DNA of 64,000 nucleotides from an uncultured archaeon (GCA_964512235.1 CAZEGD010000002.1:40768-104767); one strand, 5' to 3'; positions 38,010 to 48,684 are shown, counted from the first letter of the stretch. Translations and numbers: made by a program. The notes: generated by a model from the letters alone, not told the origin.

Positions 38010-38687
38010 TTATTTCTTTAACTTCATCACTACGAACATATGTGCCTTCTCATATGGATCGAGCTCTACTTTGTCAAGAATTTCAAAGTGCTCTTCCAGC
38101 CCTTTCAAGCATCTCTTGTAGATTTCTTTGGGTTTCCTTGTGACATCGATTGACTGGGATTTTATTGCAATCATGGCAAGTCCTTGAGCTTTGAGAAACT
38201 TTCGTGCATTTCTAATCATTATTTCAATTTGGTCTGGCGATGCAACATCTTCGTAAACCAAATCTACTTTCTCTAAAATCGTACTCTCGTACTTTTCAGT
38301 AAGCCTGGCGTCTGCAAGAATCGGTACTATGTTACCCCTCTTCTCAGCGACAGACACCAATTCACGCAGTACACGATTTGATATATCCACTCCGTAGATG
38401 ATGCCATTCTTACCTATTATGTCTGAGAGGTGTGAAGCCGTAGTGCCACTTGCTATACCAAGATATAGAATAACCATGCCTTTTTTGATTGGAAATTTCT
38501 TCAGTCCTTTTTTGATTGCTGCAGCTGGTTTGCTCCTATAATGGTCCCAAATCCTATATTCTTTGCCATCAGCTTTTACAAGTTCTTCTCTATATACACG
38601 ACTGCCTGGAACGAGATTGATAGTGGCAATTTTTTTATCGATTAAAAATACGCCTTCGAATTTTTCTTTGATTTTCATAAGTCTCAT
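38010..38687 (-). CDS. flpA: fibrillarin-like rRNA/tRNA 2'-O-methyltransferase
   Basis: YRIW..RSK-AAAI, LYLG-ASGTT-SH-SD, PILADAR. Confidence 0.95.
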   Translation of the reverse strand: MRLMKIKEKFEGVFLIDKKIATINLVPGSRVYREELVKADGKEYRIWDHYRSKPAAAIKKGLKKFPIKKGMVILYLGIASGTTASHLSDIIGKNGIIYGVDISNRVLRELVSVAEKRGNIVPILADARLTEKYESTILEKVDLVYEDVASPDQIEIMIRNARKFLKAQGLAMIAIKSQSIDVTRKPKEIYKRCLKGLEEHFEILDKVELDPYEKAHMFVVMKLKK

Positions 38688-39763
38688 TTTGATTTTACTA
38701 TTCTTTTAACCTTCTCTTCCAGCTCTTTCTTGAGCTTAGTAGACTGGTCCTTCTTTGAGTAGTTATCCAGCTTAGCTGCTATGCTTAGTTTGGATGCCAA
38801 CAAACGTGCGACTTTACCTTTTTTCTCCTTTGAGACATTATGCAAAAGTTTGTGCGCACTGATGACGCCATGCTTGGGTGATTTGCCATGACCATGTAGG
38901 TGTCTGAATAGTGCCTTCTCTGCACCCAGCAGCTGTATCGTGGAGGATGTCATCTTTGCTAGCTTGTCCAAGCTACCTGCATGTGCAATCAGTTTGCCTG
39001 CGATCTTAGCACCCGCCAGAGCACGGAAGTTCGGCGCCACTTCCTTGAGCAACTCGTCCAAATAATCTTCCAAATCTTTCCTCAATTTGTAAAGGTTTAG
39101 AATCTGCGTAGCCATCTTCTGTAGAGCATTCACGTCTTCCTTCTTCAATTCAATGCCCATGCTCCTTTTCACAAAATGCTTCAATTCTGGGTCTTCTATC
39201 TTTTCCCGCGAGCCAAATTCTTCAACTATTTTTGCGTATCTTTCATGATTGGAAATAATTCTATTCATCTCTGGGAAGTGTAGACTGAAAAATTCTCTAA
39301 GCCTCTCAGTCAGTATGTTTATCGACTTATCAAGCTCGTATATAGCTCCATTGACTTGAACTACTAGGCTGTCTCTACCAACAGCTTCCTTTATGTCAAC
39401 TTTTGTCAATGCTATATTCACTTTCGTTAGAAGCTGGTTGAATTCTGACTGGTCCTTTACGACTCCTTTCTCCACTGCAAGAATGCGTAACTTCTGATTT
39501 AAAGATTCTTTCTTTGATTTGTCCCAGTGGTCGATTCCCTTCTTCCTCTCAGGAAAAATAAAGTCAGAGTTTTTGAATTTTTCCATTAGTTTCTTTTCTT
39601 CTTCGATTATAGACTGTTCGGATGCTTTCATCCTTTCAGCAATCTTCCTAGGTTCTTTTGGAAAGGCAATATACCCTAATATTTTGTTGTCCTCCGATAC
39701 TGCAAAAACTCCTGCAAAAGTCGTAACTATATACACATTTTTCTTCACTTTCTTAGCCCCCAT
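38684..39763 (-). CDS. nop5: C/D RNP core protein Nop5 (Nop56/58)
   Basis: HFPE, APN, SSTIQLLGAEKALFRHL, PKHG. Confidence 0.95.
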   Translation of the reverse strand: MGAKKVKKNVYIVTTFAGVFAVSEDNKILGYIAFPKEPRKIAERMKASEQSIIEEEKKLMEKFKNSDFIFPERKKGIDHWDKSKKESLNQKLRILAVEKGVVKDQSEFNQLLTKVNIALTKVDIKEAVGRDSLVVQVNGAIYELDKSINILTERLREFFSLHFPEMNRIISNHERYAKIVEEFGSREKIEDPELKHFVKRSMGIELKKEDVNALQKMATQILNLYKLRKDLEDYLDELLKEVAPNFRALAGAKIAGKLIAHAGSLDKLAKMTSSTIQLLGAEKALFRHLHGHGKSPKHGVISAHKLLHNVSKEKKGKVARLLASKLSIAAKLDNYSKKDQSTKLKKELEEKVKRIVKSK

Positions 39764-39827
39764 AGTTTTTTATTTATCTTATTAAAACTTTAAATGTGTA
39801 AATATAATGGAGTGAGAGGGGATACAA

Positions 39828-40388
39828 CTGATATGGTTTATATTACTTGGTGTAGTAGGTGTTGTGGCAGTAATAGCACTGATAGCAGTATATTACATAA
39901 ACAGGATAATCGTACTCTCTAACAGAATAGGCAATGCGTGGTCGCAGATAGACGTGCAGTTGAAAAAGCGTGCAGACTTAGTGCCAAACCTGATGAACAC
40001 AGTAAAGGGCTACATGAAGCATGAGAAAAACGCAATCAGTATGGTCACAAAGGCAAGGGAGCGTATGCTTGGTGCCAAGAGCGACAAAGATCGCCTGAAG
40101 GCGGACGGGCAGTTGAGCAGAGCTTTGAAGACGATATTCGCACTTGCAGAGAACTATCCAAATCTGAAAGCTAGTGAGAATTTCAAGCTGTTGCAAGAGC
40201 AGCTTGAGGGGATAGAAAATAAAGTCGCATACAGCAGGCAGTTCTACAACGATTCAGTGCTCATCTTTAACAACATGATAACAACGATTCCAGGTAAGTG
40301 GTTTGCAGGTATTGTCGGAAGGACGAAGACAAGAGAGTACTTTGAGATAACTGCTGCAGAAAGAAAGCCTGTAAAAGTCGAATTTTAA
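39828..40388 (+). CDS. lemA: LemA family protein (start uncertain: CTG 39828 or GTG 39864)
   Basis: AWSQIDVQLKKRADLVPNL, AENYPNLKA, SRQFYND. Confidence 0.92.
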   Translation: MIWFILLGVVGVVAVIALIAVYYINRIIVLSNRIGNAWSQIDVQLKKRADLVPNLMNTVKGYMKHEKNAISMVTKARERMLGAKSDKDRLKADGQLSRALKTIFALAENYPNLKASENFKLLQEQLEGIENKVAYSRQFYNDSVLIFNNMITTIPGKWFAGIVGRTKTREYFEITAAERKPVKVEF

Positions 40389-40408
40389 ATTTAGACTAAA
40401 CGGCGATA

Positions 40409-41320
40409 GTGGATAGAATGGAAAAGACTAGCTTTTATGATGAAATCTCTAGAAATAAAAGAGATTCTATAATATTGTCTACTCTAGTCTTTTCTTTCCT
40501 AGTGGTTTTGGTTTATGTAATTTCTTTGATTTTCGCCCCTGGGTCTTCTGCAATCTTTCTGGTCTTTGCAGGAGTTTTCATCTTGATCTACATTTACGGG
40601 ACTTATAACTATGGTGATAGGATGGTTCTGGCTGCGACAAAAGCAAAGCTTGTCAGCGAAGATGATAGAAGGTATGCGCATCTCATAAACGTGGTTGATG
40701 GGTTGAGTATTGCGTCTGGCATACCGAGGCCGAAGGTCTATGTGATTGAAAGTGATGAGATAAATGCGTTTGCAACAGGGAAGAATCCGCAGCATGCAAG
40801 CATAGCAGTGACTACTGGTTTGCTAAAGAATTTAAAACGAGATGAGATTGAAGGTGTGATAGGCCACGAACTTTCGCATGTAAAGAATTATGATATAAGA
40901 TTCGCCATGATTGTAGCGGTGATGGTAGGTCTCATAGCGATAATAAGCTATATGTTTAGAATGTCTCTTTGGACGTCTGGCTCTAACAGGCGTGGAGGGG
41001 GTAGAGACAAAGGTGGATTGATTATAGTGATTGGGTTGGTGCTTGCTATATTCGCGCCAATAATTGTCCGGCTTGTGCAGCTTGCCATATCCAGGCGCAG
41101 GGAATTCCTTGCAGACGCTTCATCCGCCCAGTTAACCAGATATCCACAAGGATTATCATCGGCTCTGGAAAAGATTAAGAGTGTTAACAAAGGTAGAATG
41201 AAGGTGAGTGAAGCTGTATCGCATCTATTTTTCATAGACCCGAACAAGAGCCCTCTAGATTCTCTCTTTGCAACTCATCCGCCAATCGAGGAAAGGATAA
41301 AAAGATTGCGAGCTATGTAA
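40409..41320 (+). CDS. htpX: M48 zinc metalloprotease HtpX
   Basis: NAFATG, GHELSH, SRRREFLAD, FATHPP. Confidence 0.94.
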   Translation: MDRMEKTSFYDEISRNKRDSIILSTLVFSFLVVLVYVISLIFAPGSSAIFLVFAGVFILIYIYGTYNYGDRMVLAATKAKLVSEDDRRYAHLINVVDGLSIASGIPRPKVYVIESDEINAFATGKNPQHASIAVTTGLLKNLKRDEIEGVIGHELSHVKNYDIRFAMIVAVMVGLIAIISYMFRMSLWTSGSNRRGGGRDKGGLIIVIGLVLAIFAPIIVRLVQLAISRRREFLADASSAQLTRYPQGLSSALEKIKSVNKGRMKVSEAVSHLFFIDPNKSPLDSLFATHPPIEERIKRLRAM

Positions 41321-41323
41321 CTT

Positions 41324-42082
41324 TTGGGTGTCAATGTGAAGATTGGAGAACTTGCACTGCTCTTATCAAGAGAGGAGTCTTATCTAGTTGAAGTCTCTGA
41401 TAGAACTTTGCATATACAGAGCGGGATGATAGACCTTGGAAAATTGAAAAAGAAGAAGTTCGGTGGTGAGATTAAGACTCATACAGGAAAGAAGTTTTCA
41501 ATAGTCAAGCCAAATATTCGAGACATAGTAGATAAAAAGGTGAAACGATCGGCGCAGGTGATGATGCCCAAAGATATCGCACTGATTTTAGCGTATACAG
41601 GTATCGGACCGAGTGATAATGTTGTAGATGCTGGTACTGGCACTGGATATCTGTCAATACTTCTCGCGAACTATGTGAGCACTGGAAAGGTTGTAACTTA
41701 TGAAAAAGAAGGACGGTTCGTGAAAGTTGCCAAACGCAACATAAAATCTAGCGGCTTGAAAAACATCAAACTGAAAGAAAAGGACATTAACAAAGGTATT
41801 GATGAGAAGAACGTGGATGCTGTAACTCTAGATATGAAGAATCCGCAAAGAGCAATCAATCATGCATACAAATCACTTGTAGCAGGCGGTTGGCTAATTG
41901 TCTATTCTCCCACTATTGAGAGCTTGAAGGTTGCGGTAAATACTATAAAAAAGAAAGACTTTTGTGAATTGAAGACTGTTGAGAATATAGTGAGGGAGTG
42001 GAAGGTGGAGCTGACGACAAGACCAAAGACCATGGGATTGATGCATACGGGGTTCATAACATTTGCAAGGAAATTAAAATAA
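41324..42082 (+). CDS. trmI: tRNA (adenine-N1)-methyltransferase TrmI
   Basis: QVMMPKD, VDAGTGTG, LDM-NP, HTGFI. Confidence 0.9.
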   Translation: MGVNVKIGELALLLSREESYLVEVSDRTLHIQSGMIDLGKLKKKKFGGEIKTHTGKKFSIVKPNIRDIVDKKVKRSAQVMMPKDIALILAYTGIGPSDNVVDAGTGTGYLSILLANYVSTGKVVTYEKEGRFVKVAKRNIKSSGLKNIKLKEKDINKGIDEKNVDAVTLDMKNPQRAINHAYKSLVAGGWLIVYSPTIESLKVAVNTIKKKDFCELKTVENIVREWKVELTTRPKTMGLMHTGFITFARKLK

Positions 42083-42106
42083 TAACAAACATTATTAATT
42101 AGTTAG

Positions 42107-42712
42107 GTGGAAGGTATGGAGAAAGAAGAAAGTGATGAAAGAAAAAATGAGGAAGTCCCAGAGGCTACACCGGAGATCACTCCGGAAATGATACATACTA
42201 CTTTTAAATCCCTGGAAACAGAGGGTTTAATCCACTATATGAAAGGCGGCGCATATCTGCCGACTGAGGAAGGTTGGCAATTACTACGTGGGGCTATGGT
42301 AGGAAAGGATGAAATAATTGCATATGGCCATGAAAAAATTGTTGCTAGAGATGAAGACTCTTTTGAGATTACAACAAACAAAGGCCCAAAAGAAGAGGAT
42401 TGTGTAATCGCTGTTCGTGCGAACAAAGGGTGTAGGGATTTGAATAATAATTTCAAAATGGCTGTAAAAAGTGCGAATAAAGTTTTAATAACTGTAAAGG
42501 CTGGCAGCGAAGTTGAAAAAATAATAGCATATGGGTCGCCTGCACTCAAGCTTACAGATGCTAATGAAATTGTTGTAAGAAATTCTGACCTTATTGACGG
42601 CAAGACTGTGGCCATACTTGCAAATAAATCGGCAAATGACTTTAGCAAAGAAATGAAGGATAAATTGAAGGACCCGAAGACAGAAGTAAAAATAACTTTA
42701 GAAGTTAAATAA
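42107..42712 (+). CDS. DUF371-like protein with N-terminal extension
   Basis: AYGHEKI, FEITT, DCVIAVRANK, ANKSA-D. Confidence 0.75.
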   Translation: MEGMEKEESDERKNEEVPEATPEITPEMIHTTFKSLETEGLIHYMKGGAYLPTEEGWQLLRGAMVGKDEIIAYGHEKIVARDEDSFEITTNKGPKEEDCVIAVRANKGCRDLNNNFKMAVKSANKVLITVKAGSEVEKIIAYGSPALKLTDANEIVVRNSDLIDGKTVAILANKSANDFSKEMKDKLKDPKTEVKITLEVK

Positions 42713-42740
42713 TTTTTCAATTCTATATTTAATTGTGCGC

Positions 42741-42815
42741 GGGGTTGTAGTATAGCTTGGTCTAGTACCTCGGACTCGGGTTCCGATGACTTGGGTTCAA
42801 ATCCCAACAACCCCA
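42741..42815 (+). tRNA. tRNA-Pro(CGG)
   Basis: GGGGTTG/CAACCCC acceptor stem; TCGGA-CTCGGGT-TCCGA anticodon arm. Confidence 0.95.
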
Positions 42816-42934
42816 TTTGGTCATGAACGTTTATTTCTCTATGAAAATCGATTTAATAAATATCGGTGGCGTAGTGGGTTAAATGAAAAGCATGTGCTCT
42901 ATTTTTTAATAATTATAAACCCAAAAATAGATTA

Positions 42935-43753
42935 ATGTTGAAAGGTTATGGTCTTGCTGGATTAGTGACAATTGTACTTGCAGAAGTATTCCTATATTTT
43001 AGAGTCTGGCCGTTCGTATCGTTCTTCTGTCCATTAGTATGGCTGGGGTATATCCTTTTGGTAGACAGTCTAGTCTTTAACGCAAAAAAGAGTTCACTTC
43101 TGACAAGGCATCCGAAAAAAATTGTAGCGATGTTTGTTCTGTCCTTGGCATTCTGGATGCTTTTTGAATTCTACAATGAAGCCGTCCCGGGATGGGAATA
43201 CCTGAACATAGGAACTATAGAAGTTTTTTCTGGTTTGATAGCATTTGCAGCAATTCTACCGGCTATCATGGAGACTAACGATTTGCTGAGAAGCCTACAT
43301 ATCTTTGATGCGTTTAAGGTACCGAAAATGAAGGTGAATAAAAACTTATTAAGAATTTTTATAGTGATTGGAGTTGTGTCCCTTGTGTTGCCGTTCTTCA
43401 TTTCGTCTCCGTGGATGTGGGTTCTTATCTGGACTGGTTTCTTCTTTTTACTGGACCCAATAAATTACCTCAATGGACAGAAGTCCATCATTTATCATGT
43501 TAAAAGAGGCAACTGGTCTCTTCCATTATCACTCCTCTTTGCTGGGTTCATATGTGGGTTCCTTTGGGAGTTTTGGAATTATTGGGCAGTTACGAAATGG
43601 AAATACATCATTCAGATACCATTGGTGAAAATCAAAATTTTTGAAATGCCACTTATAGGCTTTCTAGGCTTCGGACCGTTTGCATGGGAACTGTACGATA
43701 TGTACTATTTTATAAAATTCCTTTTGGGTAAGGGAGAAAAAATTAAACTTTAA
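42935..43753 (+). CDS. multi-pass membrane protein
   Basis: ~7 TM; repeated W-LFEF-N / LWEFWN and FEMP-LG-LGF motifs. Confidence 0.75.
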   Translation: MLKGYGLAGLVTIVLAEVFLYFRVWPFVSFFCPLVWLGYILLVDSLVFNAKKSSLLTRHPKKIVAMFVLSLAFWMLFEFYNEAVPGWEYLNIGTIEVFSGLIAFAAILPAIMETNDLLRSLHIFDAFKVPKMKVNKNLLRIFIVIGVVSLVLPFFISSPWMWVLIWTGFFFLLDPINYLNGQKSIIYHVKRGNWSLPLSLLFAGFICGFLWEFWNYWAVTKWKYIIQIPLVKIKIFEMPLIGFLGFGPFAWELYDMYYFIKFLLGKGEKIKL

Positions 43754-43782
43754 CATCTCTATAATAGTCTTAGCTGAGCTTT

Positions 43783-44328
43783 ATGATTGATATGATACTT
43801 GTCTGGCAATTCTTTTCTATGTTTGGTAACATAGAATACTGGATAGCGCTGGTTGTCGGTTCTGTGCTGATTTATATAGCGTTACCAAGAAAGGACAAAA
43901 AACACGTTTCGTGGATAGTGTTTTCACTAATACCTGCAGCAATTTTAGCTTTCCAAACTGCCTATTTTTTGAAGCTTTGGTTTCAAGTGCCTAGACCTTG
44001 TTTAGGACTAATCGGCTGCCCAGGTTCATATTCCCTTCCCAGTAACCACGCGTCCATAATGTTTGCGGCTGCTGTTGTTATAGTGTTAAACATGAAAAAA
44101 CGTTTAGTGCAGATTGCTGCTATTGTTTTGGCTGTCCTGGTTTCGCTTTCACGTATAGCTTTGAATTACCATACTCCGTTGGACATAATAGTCGGATCTT
44201 TGATAGGTGTATTTAGTGGAGTTATAATCCAGAAAGTATATCAGAATATAACATTGTCATATTTTGAAAAAATCTCGTCTAAACGTCGCTCGTCAAAGCG
44301 TGGTCTGTCTAGACTTCTTGGGGTTTAG
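43783..44328 (+). CDS. PAP2 family phosphatase
   Basis: K-x6-RP, PSNH, SRI-L-YH..D. Confidence 0.88.
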   Translation: MIDMILVWQFFSMFGNIEYWIALVVGSVLIYIALPRKDKKHVSWIVFSLIPAAILAFQTAYFLKLWFQVPRPCLGLIGCPGSYSLPSNHASIMFAAAVVIVLNMKKRLVQIAAIVLAVLVSLSRIALNYHTPLDIIVGSLIGVFSGVIIQKVYQNITLSYFEKISSKRRSSKRGLSRLLGV

Positions 44329-46485
44329 CTTACTGTCAGTCTTTTCTCCAAGCTGGTCTTTTATCTGCACGGCTATATTCGGTCCTATTATTTTCTGGAG
44401 ACTAGATAATGGAATTTTTCTCAAGGCACTTATCGATTTTAAGTCTGCCTTATACAACCTACGCGCACGTACTCTGCCTATATTCTTTAGCTTCACCAAT
44501 GGCAGTATCTCTTTACGGACACCGTATTTTAGCCTAGTACGCACTTTTCTTATGTCTTTCAGCATCTCTTTTTTCCCAAGCAACAGGGCGAACTCTTGCA
44601 TCGCATATATCAACCAATCAGCAATGTTGAGCCTGCCACGCAACTCGCCTGGGGCAACACGAAACTTGCCTATGATATCGTCCTCGCTCATCTCGTTTGT
44701 CCAAGCTTCGAATAGTTTAGCGGTCTTCACGCTACGCAGGAAATCGTCAAATTCTAAGTCCCACTCTTCCGGAGCCTCGCAGAGAAACTCTGGTTCATGA
44801 GCCACTATGAATTCATTAAGTTCAGCAAAGTCGCCTGTGCGTACCCTGAGCATTGGCCGCATCTCCAGAGTACTGGAAATCGCATGTAGGAAGCTGAAAT
44901 GCTTCACATGTTTCTTGTCAGCTACCTCTATATTTTTGATGAAATTGTGCGCTGTCAATGGATCTATGTACAAATCTGATACTCGTTTTCCTAGTTTGGT
45001 GGGCTTCAGCTCTCCTCCTTTAGCAACTATGAATCTCCACGATTTCAGCATGTCTACCATTTCATAGAGTTTGCTCTCTATTGCAGACATGCTACCGTAT
45101 TGAAAAGCATAGAATGTTTGAGCGAAGAAGTTCATGAGTGTTTCCTCGGAGTTGACAAAGCTGCTTGCTATCAGGGCAAGTGTATGCATTCTAAGCACTG
45201 GCTCGACTGCAAGCTTTGAGTATATGTCTTCCGGCTCGCCAAGTATGAATCTTTCTACGAGGACGTCTGCCTCCTCTTCGGTTCTTGATATGATTATGGA
45301 TTCGCCAAAACTGTCAAACTGTGGCCTGCCAGCCCTACCTATGAACTGTTTGTATTCGAGTACTGGTATGTATGCTGCACCATGACCAGGATAGTAGCGT
45401 TTGGTATCTCGTATGACGACTCGGAATGCCGGCAGGTTTATACCCATCGCGAGCGTTGGTGTGGCTGTAATTATTTTTATCAAGCCTTTTCTGAAATTTT
45501 CCTCTATCAACCTTCGCTGCTTGCGGAGCAGGCCAGCATGGTGGAAAGCCATACCAGATTTTATACATGACGCCAATTTTTTACACTGTCTAGTCGGAGA
45601 TTCCAATACATTAAGTATGCTGTCTGCGGTCTTTGCAAGTTGGGACTGTTCTGCCTTTCCTATGTAAGACTTGCAAGCATGACTTAGCTTCTCAGCTAGA
45701 CTTTCTGCATTCCGCCTCGTTCCTACAAAAAATATTGCCTGCTTACGCATTTGCAAAGTCTGCTTGGCTGTCTCTATGTCCGGTTCTCCTGACGCCAATT
45801 CATAGTTGTCTTTGTTATAAAATTTTATCGAAGAGTTGTATGTTATACCTTCGTATAACTTAACCGGGCGGAATTCGCTTGTTACCAGCTCTGCCTTAAT
45901 CCAATCTGCTATGTCTTTTGCATTGCTGATGGTTGCGGAAAGGGCTATAGTTTGAGCGTCTGGCACTAGTTTTTTCAATCTTGTCAGAAGTATCTCCAGT
46001 GTTGGCCCCCGTGAAAAGTCATTCAGCAGATGGATTTCGTCCACTATCACAAGTCCTATGTCCGTCACCCAAAAGGAACCATGGCGTATGAGCGAGTCTA
46101 GCTTCTCTGTCGTGCATACTATTACATCATAATCAGCCAGCCAAGGACCTTTGGAATCCAAATTCCCAACAGATATCGCGACTTTGTACTTCTCAAAAAA
46201 CTTCTTGTAGTATGCATATTTCTCGTTTGCCAGCGCAACCAACGGTACAATATATACGCATTTCTTCCTCTTTTCCAGAGTCTTGACCATCGCCAAAGTC
46301 GCTACAAGCGTCTTCCCAGCCGCTGTAGGCACGGAAAGGACTAGGTTTTTACCATCAAGCACACCTGTCTTGATTGCATCTACTTGTGGTGGATAGAGAC
46401 TGGTTATCTTCTCTGACTTGATTCTATCTATAAAATGTTGGGGGATATTGAATTTTTCCAGATCTTGTACATTCATAACAGACAA
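44293..46485 (-). CDS. hel308: Ski2-like DNA helicase Hel308
   Basis: PTAAGKT, DEIH, LSAT, GRAGRP, C-terminal HhH (IGRVRARRL). Confidence 0.94.
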   Translation of the reverse strand: MSVMNVQDLEKFNIPQHFIDRIKSEKITSLYPPQVDAIKTGVLDGKNLVLSVPTAAGKTLVATLAMVKTLEKRKKCVYIVPLVALANEKYAYYKKFFEKYKVAISVGNLDSKGPWLADYDVIVCTTEKLDSLIRHGSFWVTDIGLVIVDEIHLLNDFSRGPTLEILLTRLKKLVPDAQTIALSATISNAKDIADWIKAELVTSEFRPVKLYEGITYNSSIKFYNKDNYELASGEPDIETAKQTLQMRKQAIFFVGTRRNAESLAEKLSHACKSYIGKAEQSQLAKTADSILNVLESPTRQCKKLASCIKSGMAFHHAGLLRKQRRLIEENFRKGLIKIITATPTLAMGINLPAFRVVIRDTKRYYPGHGAAYIPVLEYKQFIGRAGRPQFDSFGESIIISRTEEEADVLVERFILGEPEDIYSKLAVEPVLRMHTLALIASSFVNSEETLMNFFAQTFYAFQYGSMSAIESKLYEMVDMLKSWRFIVAKGGELKPTKLGKRVSDLYIDPLTAHNFIKNIEVADKKHVKHFSFLHAISSTLEMRPMLRVRTGDFAELNEFIVAHEPEFLCEAPEEWDLEFDDFLRSVKTAKLFEAWTNEMSEDDIIGKFRVAPGELRGRLNIADWLIYAMQEFALLLGKKEMLKDIRKVRTRLKYGVRKEILPLVKLKNIGRVRARRLYKADLKSISALRKIPLSSLQKIIGPNIAVQIKDQLGEKTDSKLNPKKSRQTTL

Positions 46486-46546
46486 AATTAGGATAATAAT
46501 GAATAAATAGGATTGTCGGACTGGGTGAGAAAAAGATAATTATATT

Positions 46547-46573
46547 AATCAGCGCCTATAGAGACCGCTGATT
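46547..46573 (-). terminator. hairpin downstream of PRC-barrel gene
   Basis: AATCAGCG...CGCTGATT inverted repeat. Confidence 0.4.
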
Positions 46574-46583
46574 GTAAGAAAGC

Positions 46584-46850
46584 TTAGATTAGTTCATTTT
46601 CACTGACGATTACGAAGTCGCCTATGCTCCTCACTGCACTGAATGGTATCAGTGATCTCCCCCTGTCATCTCCCTTGAGGTTAAGATCGCTTAGATGCTT
46701 CGTACTCTGCTCCACAATCAGGTTGAGGAGCTCTCCGCTCTCTGTTATGAAGTCTATGTTACTCACGACACCGAACTTTCTTCCAGTCTCTTCGCTGACT
46801 ATAGTCTTTCCAACTATGTCTGCGGCTCTTATTCTACTTTGGGCCATCAA
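46584..46850 (-). CDS. PRC-barrel protein (possible CdpB-type division protein)
   Basis: GK-IV..G..G-V-N....GEL, IPFSAVRSIGDFVIV. Confidence 0.82.
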   Translation of the reverse strand: MMAQSRIRAADIVGKTIVSEETGRKFGVVSNIDFITESGELLNLIVEQSTKHLSDLNLKGDDRGRSLIPFSAVRSIGDFVIVSENELI

Positions 46851-46910
46851 AAATCACCTAATTATTATTCGTCTTTGATATTTTTAACCTTTATTCGTAT
46901 TAAATTAAGT

Positions 46911-47435
46911 ATGGGTCGCTGTTTTGTTGGTATAATGGTACCTGAACATATTAGAGATGTTGCTATATCTCTACAAAAGAGGCTTGCTGAGTTCGGGATG
47001 AAATGCAAGTTTGTAGAACCTAAAAATATGCATATATGCCTCTCTTTTCTTGGAGAGGTTGACGATAGGAAAATAGAAGATTTGAAGAGAGCGTTGGATG
47101 CTGTTGCTGAGCGGTATAAAAGTTTTGATATAAAAATTGGCAAGATGAAGTTCATTCCAAGCGAGAACTACATAAGGGTAATAGTTCTTAGTGTAGATGA
47201 CTTACTAGAAAGGATGAGGAAAGCTGTTGTGGAAGCCGTAGGCGGTGATTCTAAGCCACCTCATTTAACGCTTTGCCGTGTGAAGTATGTGGACGATAAG
47301 AAAAGATTTGTGAATGAGTTTGGTGAAGTTGTTTGTGGCGAGACTTTTCGTGTGGGCAGCATACAGTTGATTAAGAGCGAACTCCAAAGGAGTGGTCCAG
47401 TTTATACTGTTATACATGAGAGTAGACTATCTTGA
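46911..47435 (+). CDS. thpR: RNA 2',3'-cyclic phosphodiesterase (2H family)
   Basis: HICL-FLG and PHLTL-R motifs, S-L...GPVY. Confidence 0.88.
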   Translation: MGRCFVGIMVPEHIRDVAISLQKRLAEFGMKCKFVEPKNMHICLSFLGEVDDRKIEDLKRALDAVAERYKSFDIKIGKMKFIPSENYIRVIVLSVDDLLERMRKAVVEAVGGDSKPPHLTLCRVKYVDDKKRFVNEFGEVVCGETFRVGSIQLIKSELQRSGPVYTVIHESRLS

Positions 47436-47852
47436 TTTCCATTTTTTCCTCTTTAAGAATCTCTTCCTATTCAATTCTTTACCATAGTGGTTGGCGTTGT
47501 TGATAAACTTAGCGACTTCCTTTAGTTCCTCTATTTTTGTTATCTTCAAGGATCTTTTGAAAAATTTACGCACTCTCCTTTCAATCTTGACATGGGAGGA
47601 ACGTAGGAGTTTTTCTAATTCTTCTGCCTTTCTTTTTCCATCTCTATCAAAGTCTGTGAGTATCACCACATTTTTTGAGTCCTCCAATTTCTCAGCAACA
47701 TTTTCCAATGATTGCCCCGAGATTGAGAATACATTCTTGATGCCTAAACCGGATAGTGCCTTTTTATCCCTCTTCCCCTCTACAACAAAAATAAAATCAT
47801 TTGTTCTCTCGACTATTCTTTCTAAAGAGTATATCTGCTTCGGTCTGAGCAT
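47427..47852 (-). CDS. small Toprim-domain protein
   Basis: VVEGKRD, ILTDFDRDG. Confidence 0.85.
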   Translation of the reverse strand: MLRPKQIYSLERIVERTNDFIFVVEGKRDKKALSGLGIKNVFSISGQSLENVAEKLEDSKNVVILTDFDRDGKRKAEELEKLLRSSHVKIERRVRKFFKRSLKITKIEELKEVAKFINNANHYGKELNRKRFLKRKKWKSR

Positions 47853-47892
47853 TATTTCACCAATATGTTACACTTTCTGATACTGTAATGGT

Positions 47893-48684
47893 TCAGATTA
47901 TCTCTTCTAGAATATCTCTCTCTGTTATTATTCCTTCCAGTTTGTCTTCATCCACAACGAGTATGCCGCCAACATCTTTGTCTTTCATTAGTTTTAGCAC
48001 ATCCGACAAGTCCTTGTCTTTATCTATTGTATAGATATCTTTGATAATAATGGCATCCATAGATTCGTCCATTGCCTCCTGACTATACTTCTTCTCGTGT
48101 ATGTATCTTATCAAGTCTGCTACTGTTGTTATGCCTACTAGCTTGCCATCATCGACTACTGGCAATCTTCTATAACGTGTATTCACAACAGTCTTTAGGC
48201 AGTCGTATATAGAGATGTTAGATGAAATGAAAAATGGTTTTTTTGTCATACACTCCTCAATTTTTATGTTAAAGTCAATGTTTGAAAACCGCTTGACAAA
48301 ATCGCGTTCACTGATTACGCCGACAAGTTTCTCACCCTCAACAATAGGAAACCCGCCACGTCTTGAGAGTTTGAATTTTTGAAGGATAAAATCAAGCGTA
48401 TCGCCAATTTCGCAAAAAACTACATCCCTTACCATAATCGTCGATATTTTCTCTTCAAAATTAGTCTTCTTTAAAAAAGTATCAAGAATGTCAGAAGTTG
48501 TTAGGATGCCAATGAGTTTACGGGATTTAGAAGTGATTGGCATTCTTCTATAGTTTGTCTCTACAATCTTTTCAATAACTTCTGAGATTGAAAATTTTTC
48601 TTCACAGTAGATAGGATTCATATTCGCAATTTCAGATACCCTTTTAAACCTATCAAGGCCTGCATCTTCAAGTTTTATAGTCAT
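47893..48684 (-). CDS. four-CBS-domain protein
   Basis: Repeated GI-T-xD motifs. Confidence 0.88.
   Translation of the reverse strand: MTIKLEDAGLDRFKRVSEIANMNPIYCEEKFSISEVIEKIVETNYRRMPITSKSRKLIGILTTSDILDTFLKKTNFEEKISTIMVRDVVFCEIGDTLDFILQKFKLSRRGGFPIVEGEKLVGVISERDFVKRFSNIDFNIKIEECMTKKPFFISSNISIYDCLKTVVNTRYRRLPVVDDGKLVGITTVADLIRYIHEKKYSQEAMDESMDAIIIKDIYTIDKDKDLSDVLKLMKDKDVGGILVVDEDKLEGIITERDILEEII

Noticed and set aside
42235..42816. 193-aa minus-strand ORF
   Set aside because: Antisense to tRNA-Pro and the DUF371-like gene
42865..42885. tRNA-like fragment GGTGGCGTAGTGGGTTAA after tRNA-Pro
   Set aside because: Too short, no cloverleaf, and no match to the tRNAs in this window
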